Source: Octopus bimaculoides
Taxonomy: Eukaryota
NCBI RefSeq assembly: GCF_001194135.2
Contig: NC_069000.1
Span: forward strand, 30,668,975-30,708,762
DNA length: 39,788 nt
Direction of reading: 5' to 3'
This document shows, piece after piece, positions 33,991-39,788 of this stretch. Under the pieces are notes generated by a model. That model did not search any database and had not been told where the DNA came from. It saw nothing but the letters and a program-made list of their open reading frames with translations. Both the position numbers and the translations under genes were made by a program. How positions within the stretch are numbered: the stretch's first letter is position 1; each line of letters opens with the position of its first letter.

Positions 33991-34207
33991 AGGCAGCGGG
34001 CTGAGAGAATTGTTAGCACATTAGGTAAAATGCTCAGTGGTATTTCGTCTGTCTTTACGTTCTGAGTTCAAATTCCGCCGAGGTCGACTTTGCCTTTCAT
34101 CCTTTTGAGGTCGATAAAATACGTACCAGTTGAACATTGGGGTCAATGTAATTGACTCAACCTCTCCCCCAAATTGCTGATCTTGTGCCAAATATTTGAA
34201 ATCAATA
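33991..34207 (+). mobile_element. SINE family B copy with the old tail type
   Basis: gagttcaaattccgccgaggtcgactttgcctttcatcc...aaattgctgatcttgtgccaaatatttgaaatc. Confidence 0.88.
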
Positions 34208-34536
34208 TCTTTAGGATGGGTTTGCGTTATAGAACCAGACGAATATCTCTTATGTTCATACCTGTATTGGTACAGCAAATGAAATGGCAGATACTGCCTG
34301 GTAAGAAGAAATACTGATTGCTGCTTTTTTTGAAATCTAGCATTATAAATCTGCTTTACGTTATCTCTGTCATTCTATTATTGCTAATGTTACCAAATAC
34401 CTCATAAATATACAAGTACAGATTAAATGTATATCTAAATACTAGCTGACATTTATACATATACACATACATGCATAGAGATTTATACATACATATACAC
34501 ACAGGTGTGTGAGTGTGTATAAGATATAACTGTGTG

Positions 34537-35735
34537 TTAGGTTGGAAAGAAAGCCCTGTCTCCTTCTTGGCATGATCATTTTGAGGGTACTATTTCAATA
34601 CTTACGGTAAAATATGCAATAATTTTTTTCTATTCCAATGTTATTTTTATCTTTGAAGATTACTTTATACTATAGATGTAAAATTCTTATCGTTTTCAAA
34701 TGTGCTTAGATTGGATTCATATACACTGCATGCTGTAGAAATCCAAAGGCAGCGCTTCAGCAATAAAAGCAGAAAAATATCCATTGTGTCTTTGGAAATG
34801 GAGCTTTAAGCGTCCGGACGTGTCAGTAATGGTTTGAGTCGTTTCGATCGGGAAAATTCTCTGTCGTAGATTCTCCTCGATTTTTTCGATAAAGTTCTGT
34901 CAATCTTGAGCTCCTGAAGAATGTAGTTGCTAAAAGGCCATAGCAAACTGCATATGTAATTAGCAATACTGTTCAAGTCACAATTCAGTTATAAAGCAAA
35001 TTCTTGAACTAGGTGAATGTCTAAACTTGACCAGTGGATCACTTGTCCTCTGACTGCTTCACACTTGAAATAAAGAGTTGTTCATTGTTCATCATTGAAG
35101 AGAAAACTTGTTGCCAAACCTTTCCTTGGTTTAATCATCACACAAGTTAAAAAGTGAGTTTTCCATAAACCTTATCGAACGAAAATGACAATGGTTAGCA
35201 CGCAATGAAAACGGAAATCCCTAAACCAGCTAGAACTATACCCCCAAAAAGTTATGTTCTAATGTTTGGTGGGATAAGAAGTGTGTCATCTATCAGAAAG
35301 CATTAAATAAAAACGAAACAGATAATACAAAGCAATGTAATTGATTTGAAGCATTGCGAAAAAGATTTTGCAGAAAAGGCGACCATCGTTGGTCAGTCGT
35401 AAAGGCGTGTTGCTCTTTCACGATAATCCAAGACGGTATATAGCCCAAATGATCCAGAAAGAGGTTATGGAACTAGATATGGAAGTTCTGCCGCATCATT
35501 CTTACTCTTCTGACCTGATCACATCTAACTCAACTTTTAAGGTCGTTGTAACATTATTTTGAGGGAAAACAGTTTATTAATTGTGAAGAGGTTTAAAATG
35601 ATATTTAGCGTTTCTTTGCTTGGAAACCAGGAGAATTTTGCCCCCCCCCAGGGATCATCAATTTGTCAGATAGATGGCATTATATAAATAACGAGAGGAT
35701 ATATTGATTAACTATAGCCATTAAGGCTAAAAAAG
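34537..35735 (+). mobile_element. Heavily decayed near full-length mariner (DD34D)
   Basis: A left TIR-like ttaggttggaaagaaag, then degenerate SVRTCQ.WF.RFRSG, WWDKK and QKRPSLVSRKGVLLFHDNPR-(34 aa)-YSSDLITSN, ending DRWH. The right TIR was not found. Confidence 0.8.
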
Positions 35736-35784
35736 TAAGTATATATGAGTGTGAGCGTGTATGTGTGTGTGTGTGTGGTGTGCG

Positions 35785-35815
<31 letters not shown>

Positions 35816-36009
35816 GTATTTTATATGTAGATATGTGTGTGTATGTTTGTGTTTATGTGTGTGTGTGCGCGTGCATATTATGTATGAGTAATACAATTGG
35901 GTATGCATGAGAAAAGGTTGATGAGAAAACGAAAACTGATACGTGTTTCTCTTTCTAAATTATTCAATAAGATATTTCTTAATCTACACCGATTAATATT
36001 GCTTCTACA

Positions 36010-36011
36010 TC

Positions 36012-36045
<34 letters not shown>

Positions 36046-36079
36046 CCAATGTATGTATGTATGTATGTATGTATGTATG

Positions 36080-36112
<33 letters not shown>

Positions 36113-36125
36113 ATCTATCTATCTG
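36010..36125. repeat. (TCTG)n(TATG)n(TATC)n compound tetranucleotide array
   Basis: Read directly. Confidence 0.92.
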
Positions 36126-36447
36126 TATTTGTACTTTTACATCCTTACATCCATTCATCCGTCAAACCACATACGCATGTATATGTTTCCATGCATATAA
36201 ATATATAAATATGAACCTTTACACAAAACATTCATGTATATATATATGTATATATATATATATATNNNNNNNNNNTATATTGATAAGGAGATACACAGAC
36301 GTACACACACACACACATATAGACACACACAGACACACACAGATAGACCGACACACACAGATAGACAGACACACACAGATAGACAGACACACGGAGATAG
36401 ACAAACACACACACACACATACACACACAGATACAGACACACACACA

Positions 36448-36585
36448 GTTTGCTTCCTAACTACATGGTTCTGTGTTTAGTTCAATTGCGTGGCACCTGG
36501 GGTAAGTGTCTTCCACTATAGCTCTAGGCTTATCAAAGTTTAGTGAGTGGATCTGGTGGACAGAAAATGCGTGTATATACGTAAT
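36448..36585 (+). mobile_element. SINE family A, degraded 5' half
   Basis: acatggttc...gcgtggcacctggggtaagtgtcttccactatagc...gtgagtggatctgg. Confidence 0.75.
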
Positions 36586-36617
36586 ATAAGTGTATATATG
36601 TGTACATGCATGAAAAG

Positions 36618-36694
<77 letters not shown>

Positions 36695-37178
36695 NNNNNN
36701 NNNNNNNNNNNNNNNNNNNNNNNNNNNNNNNNNNNNNNNNNNNNNNNNNNNNNNNNNNNNNNNNNNNNNNNNNNNNNNNNNNNNNNNNNNNNNNNNNNNN
36801 NNNNNNNNNNNNNNNNNNNNNNNNNNNNNNNNNNNNNNNNNNNNNNNNNNNNNNNNNNNNNNNNNNNNNNNNNNNNNNNNNNNNNNNNNNNNNNNNNNNN
36901 NNNNNNNNNNNNNNNNNNNNNNNNNNNNNNNNNNNNNNNNNNNNNNNNNNNNNNNNNNNNNNNNNNNNNNNNNNNNNNNNNNNNNNNNNNNNNNNNNNNN
37001 NNNNNNNNNNNNNNNNNNNNNNNNNNNNNNNNNNNNNNNNNNNNNNNNNNNNNNNNNNNNNNNNNNNNNNNNNNNNNNNNNNNNNNNNNNNNNNNNNNNN
37101 NNNNNNNNNNNNNNNNNNNNNNNNNNNNNNNNNNNNNNNNNNNNNNNNNNNNNNNNNNNNNNNNNNNNNNNNNNNNNN

Positions 37179-37223
<45 letters not shown>

Positions 37224-37225
<2 letters not shown>

Positions 37226-37308
37226 TGGCTTCCTTGATGTTTACTGTAAGCCCGAAGCGATGGTAGGCCATAGCAAAGTTATTCATAGACTGAAGTTCTT
37301 TAGTCTGT
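37224..37308 (-). mobile_element. Tiny RTE-type RT fragment
   Basis: The minus frame reads ELQSMNNFAMAYHRFGLTVNIKEAK, resembling RTE LQ..M..F..A...FGLTI..KKT. Confidence 0.5.
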
Positions 37309-37474
37309 ATATATGTATGTATGCATGTATGTATGTATGTAAACACACATGTACAAACACACACACTCACACATACACGCGCACACGCTCACATACACAC
37401 AGATACAAACACACTCGCACATACGCATGCAAACACTTACACATCTATATTTATATATTATCTACCTATCTACC

Positions 37475-37544
<70 letters not shown>

Positions 37545-37637
37545 CAGCTAGCTAGCTAGCTAGCTACATATGTATGTGTATATATATTTCATATTCCATC
37601 ACATATGTTTAGATGCTTACAAACACTTGCACATATA

Positions 37638-38470
37638 TCTACTATATAATGCGAACGTATGTATCATGTATGTGTTTAACCCCGAAAGGCTCGTCCTCGA
37701 GAAAAACGAATTTCATTTTCGAAATCTGCGTCCCAAAGAGAATGTCATCCGTAATTGAAAATAAAAAAAATATACTTTACTACTAAGAATAACTCAACTT
37801 TTAAATAACAACTCTGCCCCTCTCTATCTGTCACTACCGACCTTTCTCTGTCTGTATATATACTACACCCTTTGTCACACAAACACACACATTCTCTCTC
37901 TGTATATATGTCTTAACTCTCACGCATTGCTTTTATTTACTTTGAAACCACATCTTGGAATGTTTACTTTCATTTTATGACAGCTATTATGCGCAAAACC
38001 TGTTTTCTGATTGGGCTAAATATTAAACCTCTGTAACATTAAATTTTCCGGAATAAATGAATCACATACTCGGATTCAGCGTGAAAAGTAATTCAAGATT
38101 TTCAAAGTCTGTGATAACAACAGGAAAGATCTCTCTCTATTTGTTTCTCTTCTTCAGTTTTCCGATTTTCTCATGGTGAACTTTACTCCTCTCTATACAT
38201 TTTAACCACACCCTCTCTTACTATCCACAAAAATATATCACTCACGCTGAGTGTGTGTGTGTGTGTGTGTGTGTTTGTCAGTGTGTGTATCCATGTGTGT
38301 TAGGAATTTCATTAGGGCAGGTGAGTTATTTAAAAAAGGTGTGAAAAAGATAATTTATTTTAATAACGTAACATGATTTATTTTAATAACATAACATATA
38401 TACATACAAGCGTACATACAAGCATACACACACGAGACGCGCATGCGTGCGCAGACTCGGTTGTTGCTAG
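37638..38470 (+). mobile_element. Probable complete non-autonomous Helitron, about 830 bp
   Basis: 5' A|TCTACTATATAA; a GC-rich hairpin near the 3' end (gcgca-tgcg-tgcgc, extendable with cgag/ctcg, 38433-38459); then CTAG|T at 38467-38471. No TSD, A-T insertion site. Confidence 0.55.
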
Positions 38471-39190
38471 TTGGGGATTAACAATTTATATTACAAATAT
38501 TTTTGTTGCTTAAATTCCAGGAATAGACCACCGCATCATCATTCCATATAATGCGTTTATGGGGTGAAGAGCATCAATACATGTCACAGTGACAAAGAAG
38601 CGAGAAACGTATCACATGGTCGTGGGATGTGCTAGAAACAACCGCTAAATCTTCCTTAAATCACCCACCCCTTCTGAAAATTATTTTGAAATTATAAACA
38701 GAAATAAATTGCAGATTCAGACTATCTCTATGTTAAAACTAAGATTAAAAAAATTTGAAAATGAGCCGAAATTTTAGAAGGGTCGAGGTTAAAAAAAATA
38801 TTATAAAATATTTCCTATTTGCTTTTAAATTACGTTTCATTTTCTACTGGAAATGAAGGAAGCGAGGATTATACAGGTGATCACCGATTTCCAAAACATT
38901 TTAAATCTTAGCATTCAAAGCTTTTCCTATAGTTTTTAAGCACGAAAAAAAGAAACAAAAAAGGAAAGAAAGAAGGAAAGAAAACATTTGTCAAAATCGG
39001 TAGTGAGTTGGGGACAGAGTTTGAAAAATTCATAAATTAAAAAAAAATTTTTTTTACCGAAAAAGCGTCTTCCATTGTTTTTAAGTACATAGTGCAAAAC
39101 AAAACAAAACAAAACAAAAGATAAAAGACATACAAAAACAAATGGCATTGTATTATGAATATTACACGGCAACAACGGGATACTCAGCTA

Positions 39191-39241
<51 letters not shown>

Positions 39242-39358
39242 TGTATGAATTTATGTGGAATGTAAATGAAGATATTGGAGATATAGATAAATTATGGAAA
39301 AAATGTCAAAAGAAAAATGTGTGGGAGCGTTTTAATACACACGCACACACACAAAAAA

Positions 39359-39393
<35 letters not shown>

Positions 39394-39656
39394 CATACAA
39401 GCATACATACAAGCATACATACATACATACATACATACATACTTAATTACGTACGGACGTACATACATATATAGATATACATGTACATATATAATTATAT
39501 TTGTTTACCCCCCAAGCGGATATGTATTATTTGAGAAGAATGGTGACAAAATGAAAAATGATACCAGTTTCGTTATTTAAATTATTTTATGAGATATTTC
39601 TCAGAAATCTACACCACACTCACTTGCTTTCACACACACTCATTCACATTCACCCC

Positions 39657-39692
<36 letters not shown>

Positions 39693-39788
39693 ATACATAT
39701 GCACTTGCATATACGCACACATCATGCGTACATTCATAAATACGTATATATATATATATGTATATGTATTTATGTATGTATATATATA

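Overview
This is an AT-rich, microsatellite-saturated animal genomic window from a draft assembly with about 12 N-gaps. The SINE repertoire and repeat load suggest an octopus, but that is recall-based inference, not a database result. Most identifiable sequence is transposable-element debris: a near-complete but dead Chapaev3-type DNA transposon with both TIRs and a TAA TSD (7569-9872); a fossil Helitron RepHel spread over 20.7-26.2 kb and riddled with later insertions; two short Helitron-like non-autonomous elements; Tc1/mariner relics (one DD37D maT deletion derivative and two mariner fragments); RLE-type LINEs (a Dong/R4-like 3' end plus two copies of a second family); RTE LINE fragments; three tRNA-derived SINE families (about 20 copies, including a head-to-tail array); and two fold-back MITE-like elements, one next to a cluster of perfect hairpins. 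No host gene could be named. Two low-confidence spliced exon chains are proposed, one on each strand and overlapping; both need RNA evidence. No CRISPR array, rRNA or genuine tRNA gene was seen. Almost all ORFs in the supplied track are microsatellite or N-gap artefacts. All alignments were done by eye, so internal boundaries are approximate.
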